Below are positions 54,452 to 64,000 of a stretch of DNA of 64,000 nucleotides, in pieces (the stretch's first letter is position 1; each line of letters starts with the position of its first letter). The translations under genes were made by a program, and so were the position numbers. The notes beneath the pieces are model-generated. The model was not told the origin of the DNA, ran no database searches, and worked only from the letters and a program-made list of their open reading frames with translations. The stretch comes from a virus, in the IMG/VR virus record IMGVR_UViG_3300009376_000011, positions 3,433 to 67,432 of that record; one strand, 5' to 3'.

Positions 54452-55359
54452 TGCCTCATAGACCCGGCAATATAGGACACGACCTTGAGACAGAAGAGAA
54501 GATCAGGGAACTGGGGCCGACAAGATACGCCACAATCGTACAATTTTATATAGAGAAGCATAACGGCGACTTGGCGATTCAGGAAGTTCAACAGGATCGT
54601 GCCGTCAAATTGTCACAGATACCCAATCAGGCGGATGTGGATAGAAAGCACTTTTGGGAGCCTTTCGATTACGAAAAGTACAATGTGTTGAGGTTTGAAT
54701 TTCCGTATGGACCTAAAGATATCAAATATGGAGCAAACGCTCTTGAATATTCTGAGGTTATGCGTCCCAGTCGTAAGCCGTTGCTTCGATCAAAGTTTCC
54801 AAAAAATCGCACGGTTGCTTTCACTGCTGTAATTGCCGACAAGGAGAGTCACGGATTGGTGTCTTGTGAGGATCAATTGGCGACTCTGTATGCAATGGCA
54901 GAACAGGATAAAGACTTGACTTTCTCTCACGGGGGAATAGCGTTGCCGTTCCACGTTAGGATAACTGGTTTAACTGTTACGGCGCGACAACGCACCAAAA
55001 CTGGTTTGATAACACAAGCGAAGATTCAAATGAATCTCAAAGAATCTATTTCAATTAATCAAGAAATTGTTTTCATGACTGCTGTTCCACATGAGCCAAA
55101 AATAATAGTTACCGCTGGTACGAACCCCGGTGGAAGACCAGAAGGTGGGAGCTTTGAGGATCAGGGTGGACTTCCACCCGCTGGCGGCGTTACGACTGCT
55201 TCCGGCGGTGTTCCTTTGGAAGCGGGCAGTGTGGATCCTGCTGACCGTCATTTCTTTGGCGATACTTCTAAACTGTTAAATGCTGATGGAGAGAATGTGG
55301 TTCCGGACGATCCGCGTTGGAATGGGGGGCCGCTTGTTTCTAAAGGATATCACGGTTAA
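54451..55359 (+). CDS. Tail tube initiator/baseplate protein
   Basis: FPYGP...YSEVMRP.RKPLL...ITQAKIQMNLKE; follows the tape measure. Confidence 0.65.
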   Translation: MPHRPGNIGHDLETEEKIRELGPTRYATIVQFYIEKHNGDLAIQEVQQDRAVKLSQIPNQADVDRKHFWEPFDYEKYNVLRFEFPYGPKDIKYGANALEYSEVMRPSRKPLLRSKFPKNRTVAFTAVIADKESHGLVSCEDQLATLYAMAEQDKDLTFSHGGIALPFHVRITGLTVTARQRTKTGLITQAKIQMNLKESISINQEIVFMTAVPHEPKIIVTAGTNPGGRPEGGSFEDQGGLPPAGGVTTASGGVPLEAGSVDPADRHFFGDTSKLLNADGENVVPDDPRWNGGPLVSKGYHG

Positions 55360-56470
55360 ATCTCATGGAGATTGTTGATAATTTTCTTATTTCTCATACT
55401 GATTCTAATCGTCAAACAGAGATCAATGAGTCGATCATCCGTATGTCTTGTGATTTGACGATGGATATGACAACGCAGTTGTCACTTGATGTTTATGATC
55501 CGAATTTCAAGATGTTTAAGAACAACTATTTTCAGATTCGTCGTCCTTGTTCGTATGCCGGTTATGCATATGAGATTGCTGCTGTTGAAATGGTTCGTAA
55601 TCCCAGTCAACAGGACACTGTGAATGTTACTTGTCGTTCACAAGCGGTTCAGAAATTGAAGCGGGAAAAAGGACAAAAAACTTGGACAGGTATTTCGGCG
55701 TCAACATTTGCTAAGCAGGTTGCAGATGAACATGATCTGCAATATTTTATTCAGACGAGTGATAATAAAGATTCGATCACTCGTCAACAGTCGGAAGACA
55801 TTGATGAGAATACTTGGCAAGTATTGATGCGATTGGCTGGTGAATTGGAATATGTGGTTTTTGAGTCTTACGGTATGTTGTTTTTTACGTCAATGGAATT
55901 TTTGTTAGACCGCCAGCCGGGAATCGAATGCGATCTTGAATCAACCGCAGAAGATGATCCGTGGTTTTTGCACAGTGTTTCTTTCCGGGCTAGTGATGAT
56001 TCTTTTGCGGGATCGACATGTAGTTTTCAGGTGGGTAGAAAAAATGGGCAGACTCTTCGTCCGGGTTTCAATGTCAAATTCAAAAATGCTGGAATATTTG
56101 GCGAGAGAAAGTATCTGATTTCTTCTGTGACATGGGCAGTGGGTAACAATCAGCCGGTGGCAGTTCAGGCGAGAACTTTAGTTGAGACAGAAGATACAGT
56201 CGCTGATGGTTATGGTGAGGGTAGTAATTCAGGTACATCTCTTGGATTGGGAGTGGTTCCTTGGGGTTCGCGAGATCTGAAAAGGGGAATGAGAGGAACG
56301 GATGTTAAAAGGTTGCAACTTGAAGTCGGTGTGCCAAGTTATGACCATGATGGAATATTCGGTCCGCAAACAGAAGGCTATGTTAAAAACTGGCAGTCTG
56401 TGAATGAATTAGGAACAAGGACAGTTACCAATGTTTCTGATGTGGATCCTGCTGACCGTCATTTCTTTGG
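55230..56470 (+). repeat. Identical 30-bp repeat in two adjacent genes
   Basis: TGTGGATCCTGCTGACCGTCATTTCTTTGG at 55230-55259 and 56441-56470. Confidence 0.95.
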
Positions 56471-56789
56471 TGCTACTACTGAAATTGTTACTTGGGTTGG
56501 GGACGGGATCATTGATGCAAATGATTGGAACTTCCTAAATAACGTACCAGTGACTTATAGGAATTTAATGCCGGTAGTGGAAGGTGTAGCCCAAAGTGTT
56601 GTGATGTTGACTGGTGGATATAGTTCTGCGACTAATAGCGAAGAAGAGGCTGATTTTGTTATAGATACCACAACTCGTAGTTTTCAAGAACATCCAAATG
56701 GTTCTGTTAAAGAAGTAGCGCCACGCGTGAAAAAGTCAGATGAGCCAGTGGATACTTTTTCTCCTGAAGCCAGAAGGTTTTACTGGTAA
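55365..56789 (+). CDS. Baseplate hub (gp27/late-control-D-like) with peptidoglycan-binding domain
   Basis: ENTWQVLMRLA...LRPG...YLISSVTW; LKRGMRGTDVKRLQ...DGIFGPQT..VK.WQ. Confidence 0.75.
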   Translation: MEIVDNFLISHTDSNRQTEINESIIRMSCDLTMDMTTQLSLDVYDPNFKMFKNNYFQIRRPCSYAGYAYEIAAVEMVRNPSQQDTVNVTCRSQAVQKLKREKGQKTWTGISASTFAKQVADEHDLQYFIQTSDNKDSITRQQSEDIDENTWQVLMRLAGELEYVVFESYGMLFFTSMEFLLDRQPGIECDLESTAEDDPWFLHSVSFRASDDSFAGSTCSFQVGRKNGQTLRPGFNVKFKNAGIFGERKYLISSVTWAVGNNQPVAVQARTLVETEDTVADGYGEGSNSGTSLGLGVVPWGSRDLKRGMRGTDVKRLQLEVGVPSYDHDGIFGPQTEGYVKNWQSVNELGTRTVTNVSDVDPADRHFFGATTEIVTWVGDGIIDANDWNFLNNVPVTYRNLMPVVEGVAQSVVMLTGGYSSATNSEEEADFVIDTTTRSFQEHPNGSVKEVAPRVKKSDEPVDTFSPEARRFYW

Positions 56790-57925
56790 TGGTAGGACGA
56801 CCGATCACACCGCAGAAAAGTCGTGCCAAACCGGGTACGAATAAAGGATTCTGGCAGGCAGAGGTAATGAAGGTAACTACTGCCGTCAATGACCCTTATC
56901 AGGTGTTTATCAAAATTGAACGTTTAGGGGTTGGGATCAACGATCCTGTTCCCGCAGATTATGTTGGTTCTCCCCCAAGAGTCGGTGATGTCCTGTGGTG
57001 TACATTCGTTGAAAACCGTCACGACGATTACCTGATCTTCAACACCCAGCATCAAGCCAAAGATGACATGAGTGCAGGGGTTGTTCGTTTTGGTGGACAG
57101 ACCGAACAGTTCGGGGTAACGATGAAAATCGACCCCACGGAGTATGTCGGATCCAACCGTGCATCTATCCAGATGCACGAAACAATAATGGGAGCAGGCT
57201 CTACCACCACCCACAAGGGGGACTGGTACGTCTATGACAATAGCAACTCTAAGTGGAACCTGCACCATACCGGCCATGACAATGTAGCCGCGGGTGGGCT
57301 GACCGTCAGGGCCACAGGCACGCACACGCAGGGCACTGCTGGCACGTTTGAGCGGTACATCCAGTTCACTCCGACCTATGACTGGAGTGGGTACGAACGG
57401 GGTGGCATCTTTATTAACAACCAGTACACCGACTTCTCGTTCTTCGGAACGGTGTATCAGTACGGTTGCCATCCTCTCTCAAACAATGCGTACAGCCTTG
57501 GTTACGCCAGCAGCCGATGGAGCGAGGTGTTCGCTGTTAATGGGACAATAAACACATCCGATGAGAACCAGAAAACAGACATCGCTGACTCCGATCTGGG
57601 GCTGGATTTCATCAATGCGCTACGGCCTGTGAAGTTCAAGTGGATCGAAACTGAGGGAAGAGCAGGTGTCAGGACGCACTACGGCCTACTGGGACAGGAG
57701 GTCGAAACAGTGTTAGGGGGCGCTGCTTCCGACACGGCTATTTGGATTAATGCACTGATTGAAGCACATCCTGAGATGGAGGCTGACCCTGAACGCAATG
57801 TCCCCCACGTTGCTGCCGTGGAAGAGCACTATGAGCAGGGATTGCGGTACACAGAATTGATTTCACCTATGATCAAAGCAGTACAAGAGTTAACTGCCCG
57901 CGTTGCCGCTTTGGAAGCCGGTTAG
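56789..57925 (+). CDS. Baseplate spike-like OB domain fused to fibre segment and S74 intramolecular chaperone
   Basis: PPRVGDVLWCTFVE; TSDENQKTDI...LRPVKFKW...HYGLLGQEV...LRYTELI...KAVQEL. Confidence 0.78.
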   Translation: MVGRPITPQKSRAKPGTNKGFWQAEVMKVTTAVNDPYQVFIKIERLGVGINDPVPADYVGSPPRVGDVLWCTFVENRHDDYLIFNTQHQAKDDMSAGVVRFGGQTEQFGVTMKIDPTEYVGSNRASIQMHETIMGAGSTTTHKGDWYVYDNSNSKWNLHHTGHDNVAAGGLTVRATGTHTQGTAGTFERYIQFTPTYDWSGYERGGIFINNQYTDFSFFGTVYQYGCHPLSNNAYSLGYASSRWSEVFAVNGTINTSDENQKTDIADSDLGLDFINALRPVKFKWIETEGRAGVRTHYGLLGQEVETVLGGAASDTAIWINALIEAHPEMEADPERNVPHVAAVEEHYEQGLRYTELISPMIKAVQELTARVAALEAG

Positions 57926-57963
57926 AAAGTATACTAATTCAGAAAACAACTATACCTAGTGAG

Positions 57964-58722
57964 GTGTTTAAAGTGTCATTGCCAGCAAAGAAGAATGTTG
58001 ATCTTTCGCTGCTTCATCCACGTTTCGTACAACGGTTGGAAGCCTTCTTTAGAGATCCGCGTATTAGCGGTCGTGTAAGGATTACAAGTGGTTGTCGAAC
58101 TTATGCAAAGCAGAAATATTTTTATGATGGCTATAAAAATCGTAAGGCTGGATTTAACTTAGCCGCAAATCCGGATCGTCGGTTTGGGCCTAAAGCCTTA
58201 AATGGTGTCGGCATTTGGCGTGGAAGTTGGCACATGGAACAGGACGACGGATTTTGCTACGCGGTCGATTTTGGATTGTGTGGTAGTGGAATTAAAAAGT
58301 GGGAAGTGAATAATATTGCGAAAGAGTATGGTTTGCATCCGACGGTTCGTGGTGAATGGTGGCATCATCAGCCGCGGGCTTCTACTGAGTGGTTTGATGC
58401 TCCCGCATTGGCTCAGGGTGGTGTTAAGGAAGAAGTCAAAGAACCAGTCATGGATTGGGCAGCATTGGTTAGGTATCACAATGCTCTTACTGCTGAAATC
58501 AGGACGAATCCGATTCGGAGGAAAGAGCGTTCGGATCGGGTGAAGGTGTTGCAGCGTCGGTTGGGGGCTTTGGGTATTGATTGCGGAAAGATCGACGGGA
58601 TCTTTGGTTGGAGAACTAAAAGGAAGGTCAAGCAGTTTCAGCGAATCAACCGTCTGACGAGGGACGGGGTTGTTGGGCCGAGAACGTGGGATGAAATGTG
58701 GGGGAGTGAGCCTTTGTCGTAG
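57964..58722 (+). CDS. Endolysin: M15-like peptidase plus peptidoglycan-binding domain
   Basis: ITSGCRT...SWH...AVD...EWWH; VKVLQRRL...DGIFG..T...VKQFQ...DGVVGPRTW. Confidence 0.88.
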   Translation: MFKVSLPAKKNVDLSLLHPRFVQRLEAFFRDPRISGRVRITSGCRTYAKQKYFYDGYKNRKAGFNLAANPDRRFGPKALNGVGIWRGSWHMEQDDGFCYAVDFGLCGSGIKKWEVNNIAKEYGLHPTVRGEWWHHQPRASTEWFDAPALAQGGVKEEVKEPVMDWAALVRYHNALTAEIRTNPIRRKERSDRVKVLQRRLGALGIDCGKIDGIFGWRTKRKVKQFQRINRLTRDGVVGPRTWDEMWGSEPLS

Positions 58723-58791
58723 TTTTCTTTCCGTGGTTGTTGGTGAAGGCAGGCTAAAATCTGCATGTCGTAGATCTTAGAGTAGGCTTAT

Positions 58792-59085
58792 ATGGACGTT
58801 TTATCTATACCGTTGTCGATAGATTCAAGTGGCGGATTTAAGCATGTTGATACTGCTAGTGACGAGTATAAGGCTGAACAGGTTCAAGTATTTGTTTTAA
58901 CAAACAAGGGTGAGCGTCAGTCGTGGCCGACGTTCGGTGTGACCGATCCTACCTTCGACAACATGCAAGAGGAAGACATCTTGGAAGAGTTTTCAACATT
59001 CTATGGATCATCCATTATGTTGGATCGTGTCAACATTATTAAGCGTGAGGGCAAGGTCGATAGAATAGAAGTCAATTTTCTTTAG
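58792..59085 (+). CDS. Baseplate wedge gp25/gpW-like
   Basis: TNKGER..WPTFGV.DP motif; size and position. Confidence 0.85.
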   Translation: MDVLSIPLSIDSSGGFKHVDTASDEYKAEQVQVFVLTNKGERQSWPTFGVTDPTFDNMQEEDILEEFSTFYGSSIMLDRVNIIKREGKVDRIEVNFL

Positions 59086-59094
59086 GAGTTTATT

Positions 59095-60714
59095 ATGGCA
59101 TCTCCAGATTTTAGTGATTATGTAGATTTGACTCCTTTTGATACAACTGTCTCTTCGATTTTGGAGGAGAGCATCACGCAGGCTCGCGCTTTGATTCCAA
59201 GTTGGGAACCTCGCGTCGGGCAAATGGAAACGACTTTGTTGGAAGCGACGGCGTATCAAACGGCGACTTTGGCGAATGCTGCGAATCGTTTGCCTGCTGC
59301 GACTGTGGAAACATTGTTGAAGTTGTATGGGATTAACCGTTCCAATGGTGTGAAGGCGACTGCAACCATAACGATCAACTTCACTGATACTGCTGGTTAC
59401 ACGGTTCCTGCTAGCACTCCATTTGCTTATTACGGCAATGCCGGTGAAGTTCTGGTGTACTTGTTGGATGCTGCTCAAACTGTGAGTGCGGGTGCATCGC
59501 AACTTACTTTGTCTCCTGTTACGGCTCAGGCCGTTGGGTCGGCGTATAACAATCCTGCGAATGGAAGTGTCTTGCAGGTACTGGCAACGGTTCCTTATAT
59601 TTCTTCAGTTGTTTTTGATGCTAAGCCTGCTACGGGAACGGACGCTGAATCAGATACGACGTACTTTTCTAGAGCCGTAACGGTCTTGGCTGGATATTCC
59701 GCAGCGTTGGCAACCGAGGCTCAAATTCAAAGTTATGTGTTGTCGAATTATCCGACTACTGGTTTCCGTGCAAAAACGTACAATAAGCGACGGTACGCGG
59801 ATAGAAACATGGTGACTGGTGGAGCGGAACATGCTGCTTACATTTTGTTGTCTCTTGCTAGTGAGAATGTGAATGGGTATTCCCGTTCGGTCAATGATGC
59901 GACTCTCGCTGCTGCGGATTTGGCAACTATTGCTACTGCTCTAAACGAGAAGGTTGCTACTGGGCTTTCTATCGAAGTTCATAATGCAGAATTGGTTGGC
60001 ATCGGCGTGACGGTGGAGGTTTACAAAACCACTGTGGCGGCGACTGGAACGGTGAATACAGCCGTTCAGACAGCGCTGAGAACGTATTTGGATTCCGACA
60101 CTTGGGATTGGGACCGAGTGGTTCGACAAAATGAAATCATTAGTTTGGTGGATGGGGTCGCAGGTGTTGATTATGTCAAGTCTGTGTCACTATCTCTGCC
60201 GGAGGAAACAGTTGCTTGTGCAACTACGGCAAACTTGGGCGCTACATATGCCAATGGAACTCTTGGGGTCGGCGCAACATTGACGAACAGCGGCAGTCAG
60301 GCTGCGTTCACTGTTGATGGAGTTACCCCGGCTGAAGATTCTCGTATCTTGGTCAAAGATCAAAGCAATGCTTTTGAGAACGGTATTTATACCTTGTCAA
60401 CAGCCGGTACAGGTTCGACCAATTGGGTTTTGACTAGGGCAACAGATGCAGATGTTGTTGGTGAAATGTGTGTTGACAGGTTTGTTTGGATCACAGCAGG
60501 TACGGCCAATGCCAATGAAGGGTGGTCTTGCAGTGTTGCTCCTACGACAATGGGAGCGGGTACTACAACCTTTATTCAAACGACTACGGCTGTTCGGGCC
60601 GAGGTGATGGCGTCGAACGCAACGGATACCACGGGTGCTTTGACTGGTGATATTCGCTTGAATCATTTGGGGATGCTGACTTATCCAAGCACAATATCTA
60701 TTACGGTAACTTAA
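59095..60714 (+). CDS. Baseplate J-like protein with inserted fibre/decoration domain
   Basis: W.PR.G..E, G.DAESD..Y..R, GVAGVDYV; insert CATTANL...RILVKDQ...ENGIY...WVLTRATDAD. Confidence 0.85.
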   Translation: MASPDFSDYVDLTPFDTTVSSILEESITQARALIPSWEPRVGQMETTLLEATAYQTATLANAANRLPAATVETLLKLYGINRSNGVKATATITINFTDTAGYTVPASTPFAYYGNAGEVLVYLLDAAQTVSAGASQLTLSPVTAQAVGSAYNNPANGSVLQVLATVPYISSVVFDAKPATGTDAESDTTYFSRAVTVLAGYSAALATEAQIQSYVLSNYPTTGFRAKTYNKRRYADRNMVTGGAEHAAYILLSLASENVNGYSRSVNDATLAAADLATIATALNEKVATGLSIEVHNAELVGIGVTVEVYKTTVAATGTVNTAVQTALRTYLDSDTWDWDRVVRQNEIISLVDGVAGVDYVKSVSLSLPEETVACATTANLGATYANGTLGVGATLTNSGSQAAFTVDGVTPAEDSRILVKDQSNAFENGIYTLSTAGTGSTNWVLTRATDADVVGEMCVDRFVWITAGTANANEGWSCSVAPTTMGAGTTTFIQTTTAVRAEVMASNATDTTGALTGDIRLNHLGMLTYPSTISITVT

Positions 60715-60715
60715 A

Positions 60716-62860
60716 ATGACGTTTGTCAATTTGTTAAAGACTGATACTCAAGAAGTATTTGATATCAATAGATGGTCATCTGTTAATGCCACTATTCAAA
60801 CGGTACCCGAACTGGGTGAAAGAGAAACTGTTTTAGGTAGTGGGGTTCGTAGCGAAGGAATCAATGTTACTTCTATTGCTGCGGGCGATACAGAACTCAG
60901 ATCTCCGTTGTTTGTTATTCCGGTCGGTAGGGGTTTCGTTGTAACGGGGATTATCAAAATAGGGAAGACGCTGGCTGGGGAAAAAGTCAGCATGAGAACA
61001 GAATATTTCAATGTTGACAATGTAAGTGCTGGTGCTGTTTTAAGTTACGCTGGTGAAGAAGGAGATGGTGCTGCATGGGTGCCTTCCTCCGATGCCCATA
61101 AAGTAGAAACAACTATTCTTGCTACCGACATGTTGTCAGGGCAATTGGCGGTTATTCCGTTTTCTATTGTCGTCTACGGGTCTGGTTTTCAGTATGGGAA
61201 TCCCGCCATTGGCAGGAAACGATTTTGGGTTCCTGAGGATGCCAACTATGCCCGTCTGATTTTTGAAGTCGAAGGTGTCAATTCTCCTGATCTCATGTTT
61301 GCTGTTTCTGATGTTACTGCAATTGACTTGGCACGAACATTTGCGAGTACAACGTTTAACAATACATATGATTTATTGCCAGACTTTATTAGAGCAATGG
61401 ATCTAGAAGAGTCTTCTACTTCTGGTCATCTAAGTTTGACAAGGAAACTATTGTCCTCTGCTTTCGTTAGTGGGACGGTTATCGGTGAGGAACTTCGGAC
61501 TTGGGGTTACACCAGAGCAGAGGACAGTCCAACTAATACAGAATTGTTGTCAACTTTGACTGATCCTCAAGATATCAAGTCTTCCAAATCTGAATCTAAA
61601 ACGTATCTAACATGGTTGGCTCAGTTGTTGGGAGTCAAACTGAATAATCCATTTACCGGAACGAGTATGTGGTTGTCTCTGGCTGGCTGGACCGACGAAG
61701 ACGACTCCACGACATGGCAGAACTTGGATGTTCTGGATGAAGAATCGCCAGAAGATTCCGTTACTTGGCAGTTGGCACGTTCTTCTACTTACGAAAGCAT
61801 TGATGCTTATCGACAGCAAATTCAATACGCCTTCAACGGGTTGAATGCTGGTAAGCCAGAAGCGATGCGTTCTTATTTGAAAACGGTTTTAGATACAACC
61901 ACTCCAGACGATTATTTTACAAGAATCAAAACTCGTTATCGGGAATCTCCATATTTGGTTAGGTATGTTTTTGATCCAGAAGTAGATCCAGATCCCGATG
62001 GGACGAGGGTTGAAACGGAGATGGCTCCAACCTTGTCTGCCGGGGTGGTAGGGAGTCAGTCCAATAGTCCAAGTGATGCTGCGGAATTTGCTTTTGAGGC
62101 AAAGATCATTTTGCAGAAGTGTGTACCGGGTGCCGGAGTTGCGGCAAACGATGACACTGTATTGAGATTTGGCGATGATGCCTGTACGGCAATACCGGAT
62201 AGGACTGGTTCGGGTAGACACATTTCATTGTTGTCATCAACAACTGCGATTGACCCTAAGGATTCTCGTTATGGGATCATCGCCGGAGCGCGGTATAACT
62301 CAGGATTTGCTTTTTATCCCAGCGGAGTTACTGGGTCGAAAGTATTCATGCGAGCGGATGCTGTTTCTAATGGACTTTCAGGTGGAGAAACAGAAGCAGA
62401 TTATTTATTCTTTGTGAGTGACATTAATTATGGAAACTCGTCTGACATCATTTTGTTGGAACAGGGGACTTCTGGTAACGCTAATTATCGGGCATGTGTC
62501 ATAGATGAATCTGGAGTACTGAAATACTTGACGGGAGCGTCAGGTTCGGCAGTGTCTTCGGCTTACGTCTCGGGAACTCATACAACGTTGTATGACTTCA
62601 CCACGGCGGGATTGCGGTGGATACGATTCTCTGTTTCGGCTTCTACTACAAAGTTTTATGTAGGACCAACATTGTTAGATGTCTGTCATCCAACGACCTA
62701 TTTGATTAATTCTGTTTCTCTCTCTACTCCGAATGTTTATGATAAAACTTTGGATACTGATATGTTCAAAGTTAATCACGGAGAAAACGGGATTGTTGGT
62801 TATCGGGCTATTGTAAATGATGGTCCTTTGGATAGTTCATATGCCGGGTTGTGGGGTTGA
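60716..62860 (+). CDS. Baseplate wedge (gpI-like)/tail-fibre attachment protein
   Basis: YDLLPDFIR..D, LTWLAQLLGV, AG...AMR motifs; flanking beta-rich domains. Confidence 0.7.
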   Translation: MTFVNLLKTDTQEVFDINRWSSVNATIQTVPELGERETVLGSGVRSEGINVTSIAAGDTELRSPLFVIPVGRGFVVTGIIKIGKTLAGEKVSMRTEYFNVDNVSAGAVLSYAGEEGDGAAWVPSSDAHKVETTILATDMLSGQLAVIPFSIVVYGSGFQYGNPAIGRKRFWVPEDANYARLIFEVEGVNSPDLMFAVSDVTAIDLARTFASTTFNNTYDLLPDFIRAMDLEESSTSGHLSLTRKLLSSAFVSGTVIGEELRTWGYTRAEDSPTNTELLSTLTDPQDIKSSKSESKTYLTWLAQLLGVKLNNPFTGTSMWLSLAGWTDEDDSTTWQNLDVLDEESPEDSVTWQLARSSTYESIDAYRQQIQYAFNGLNAGKPEAMRSYLKTVLDTTTPDDYFTRIKTRYRESPYLVRYVFDPEVDPDPDGTRVETEMAPTLSAGVVGSQSNSPSDAAEFAFEAKIILQKCVPGAGVAANDDTVLRFGDDACTAIPDRTGSGRHISLLSSTTAIDPKDSRYGIIAGARYNSGFAFYPSGVTGSKVFMRADAVSNGLSGGETEADYLFFVSDINYGNSSDIILLEQGTSGNANYRACVIDESGVLKYLTGASGSAVSSAYVSGTHTTLYDFTTAGLRWIRFSVSASTTKFYVGPTLLDVCHPTTYLINSVSLSTPNVYDKTLDTDMFKVNHGENGIVGYRAIVNDGPLDSSYAGLWG

Positions 62861-62863
62861 GTT

Positions 62864-64000
62864 ATGGCTGACAAAATCACAACAATTCTGGATATGGATC
62901 TGACGAGTGGCGTGACAGCGACTTCTACCGGTCCGGGTGACCCCGGTATGCCGGGTACCTTGTCGCTGGCCGCGGGCAGTCCTGCGTACACGGTTATCAC
63001 TTTGTCGTGGTCGGCGGGGGATGACGGGAATTCAACGCTCACCGGCTATCGGATCAAGAGGGACGGTGTGATTCTCGTTTCTGATACGGGGAGTACGGCA
63101 ACAACTTATTCAGCGACCGGACTAACAAACAACACCGCCTATAACTTCACCGTGGCAGCGATCAATGCTTATGGAACTGGTCCTGATGGGAACACTCCAT
63201 CATTGACAACTAGTGCCTACACGGTTCCCGGCACGCCGGGTACCTTGTCGTTGGCAGCCGGAGGGTCAGCGTCTACTGAGGTGGATCTGACTTGGTCAAC
63301 GCCTGCTTCTGACGGCGGTCAGACCATTTCGGGCTACCGGGTTCAGAAATCAACTAATGGTTCTGCGTGGTCGAACGTCACCGCTACTACTGGTAGTTCC
63401 GCGACGACTTATACGGCTACTGGGCTTACGATGAACACTCAATACTGGTTCCGGGTCGCAGCGATCAACTCCATTGGCACTGGGGCGGACAGTAATGAGC
63501 CAAACATCACAACAGCGCAGCAGATGTCTTGGACGGCTACTGGGACGTATACCACGGGTACGGACGGTGGCAACACTTGGGTCAAGTGGACTTCGACTGG
63601 GAACTTCGTTGTTAGTAATGCTGCCGCTACTGTTGATATTTTTGTGAGTGGTGGTGGCGGTTCGGGCGCTAAGGCTAGCGGCGTCTATTACGGTCCTTAC
63701 GGTGGTGCCGGTGGCGGTGGTGGTGGTGGTGCTTTGACAACGACGGGGGTGACTGTGGGAGTTGGAACCCATGTTGCGACTGTTGGTGACGGTGCGGCCA
63801 GTCCGGGTACTTCTATCGGTGTGAATGGAAGTACGGGCAACAACAGCACGTTTGCTGTGAGTGGCGGTTCGACTTACACCGGTGAGGGTGGTGGACATGG
63901 AAGTTACAACGCCAACGGAGAAAACGCTGGTTGTGGAGGTGGCGGTGGCGGCGTGAGTACCACTTCTTCTAGGAGCGGCGGTACTGGTTCGCAGGGCGGC
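62864..64000 (+). CDS. Fibre/receptor-binding protein: 2x FN3 plus Gly-rich domain (runs off the window)
   Basis: Manual translation MADKITTILDMDL...LSWSAG...YNFTVAAIN...LTWSTP...YWFRVAAIN...GGGGSG...; no stop before 64000. Confidence 0.82.
   Translation, partial: MADKITTILDMDLTSGVTATSTGPGDPGMPGTLSLAAGSPAYTVITLSWSAGDDGNSTLTGYRIKRDGVILVSDTGSTATTYSATGLTNNTAYNFTVAAINAYGTGPDGNTPSLTTSAYTVPGTPGTLSLAAGGSASTEVDLTWSTPASDGGQTISGYRVQKSTNGSAWSNVTATTGSSATTYTATGLTMNTQYWFRVAAINSIGTGADSNEPNITTAQQMSWTATGTYTTGTDGGNTWVKWTSTGNFVVSNAAATVDIFVSGGGGSGAKASGVYYGPYGGAGGGGGGGALTTTGVTVGVGTHVATVGDGAASPGTSIGVNGSTGNNSTFAVSGGSTYTGEGGGHGSYNANGENAGCGGGGGGVSTTSSRSGGTGSQGG

Noticed and set aside
55230-56470. Diversity-generating retroelement TR/VR pair
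   Set aside because: Repeat is only 30 bp with no adenine-specific mismatches, and no reverse transcriptase is in the window.
62858-62860. Genome-wide stop-codon reassignment
   Set aside because: TGA, TAG and TAA all terminate clear genes elsewhere and long ORFs are intact in code 11; only a local event is possible.
63350-63898. 182-aa Thr-rich minus-strand ORF
   Set aside because: Antisense shadow of the Gly-rich plus-strand fibre gene.

Overview
The window is a continuous piece of a tailed dsDNA phage genome with a contractile (myovirus-type) tail. No host genes, integrase or att sites are visible. A WhiB regulator, sigmaA-type promoters and frequent apparently leaderless genes point to an actinobacterial host (inference). 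1-16.6 kb: replication, recombination and possible DNA-modification genes (tRNA-Lys, primase-helicase, WhiB, DUF932, SNF2/HARP helicase, IbrA/IbrB-like pair, SSB, ParB-like, NinG-like, glycosyltransferase, RecB-like exonuclease, Rad52/Sak). 16.7-17.05 kb: a promoter-driven, highly structured non-coding element. 17-42 kb: inverted terL, a portal-MuF fusion, an HK97 protease, then about 18 kb of extra head-module genes before the HK97-type capsid. 42-45.8 kb: an inverted block with a class II RNR. 45.9-64 kb: neck, sheath, tube, -1 frameshifted chaperone, tape measure, baseplate, endolysin and an FN3/Gly-rich fibre. The strongest candidate for an undescribed system lies in the head module: two giant proteins (2846 and about 2081 aa) share a roughly 65-aa tag (DADGDGLVQEGTIWERP...VDYKPG) placed just after a putative Lys-specific protease site. 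They carry long repeat spacers and end in different enzymes (GNAT-like plus HipA/PI3K-like kinase; HExxH metallopeptidase), each followed by small partner genes. This looks like a polymorphic, capsid-packaged effector/immunity cassette. All domain calls are by-eye motif recognition, not database hits.
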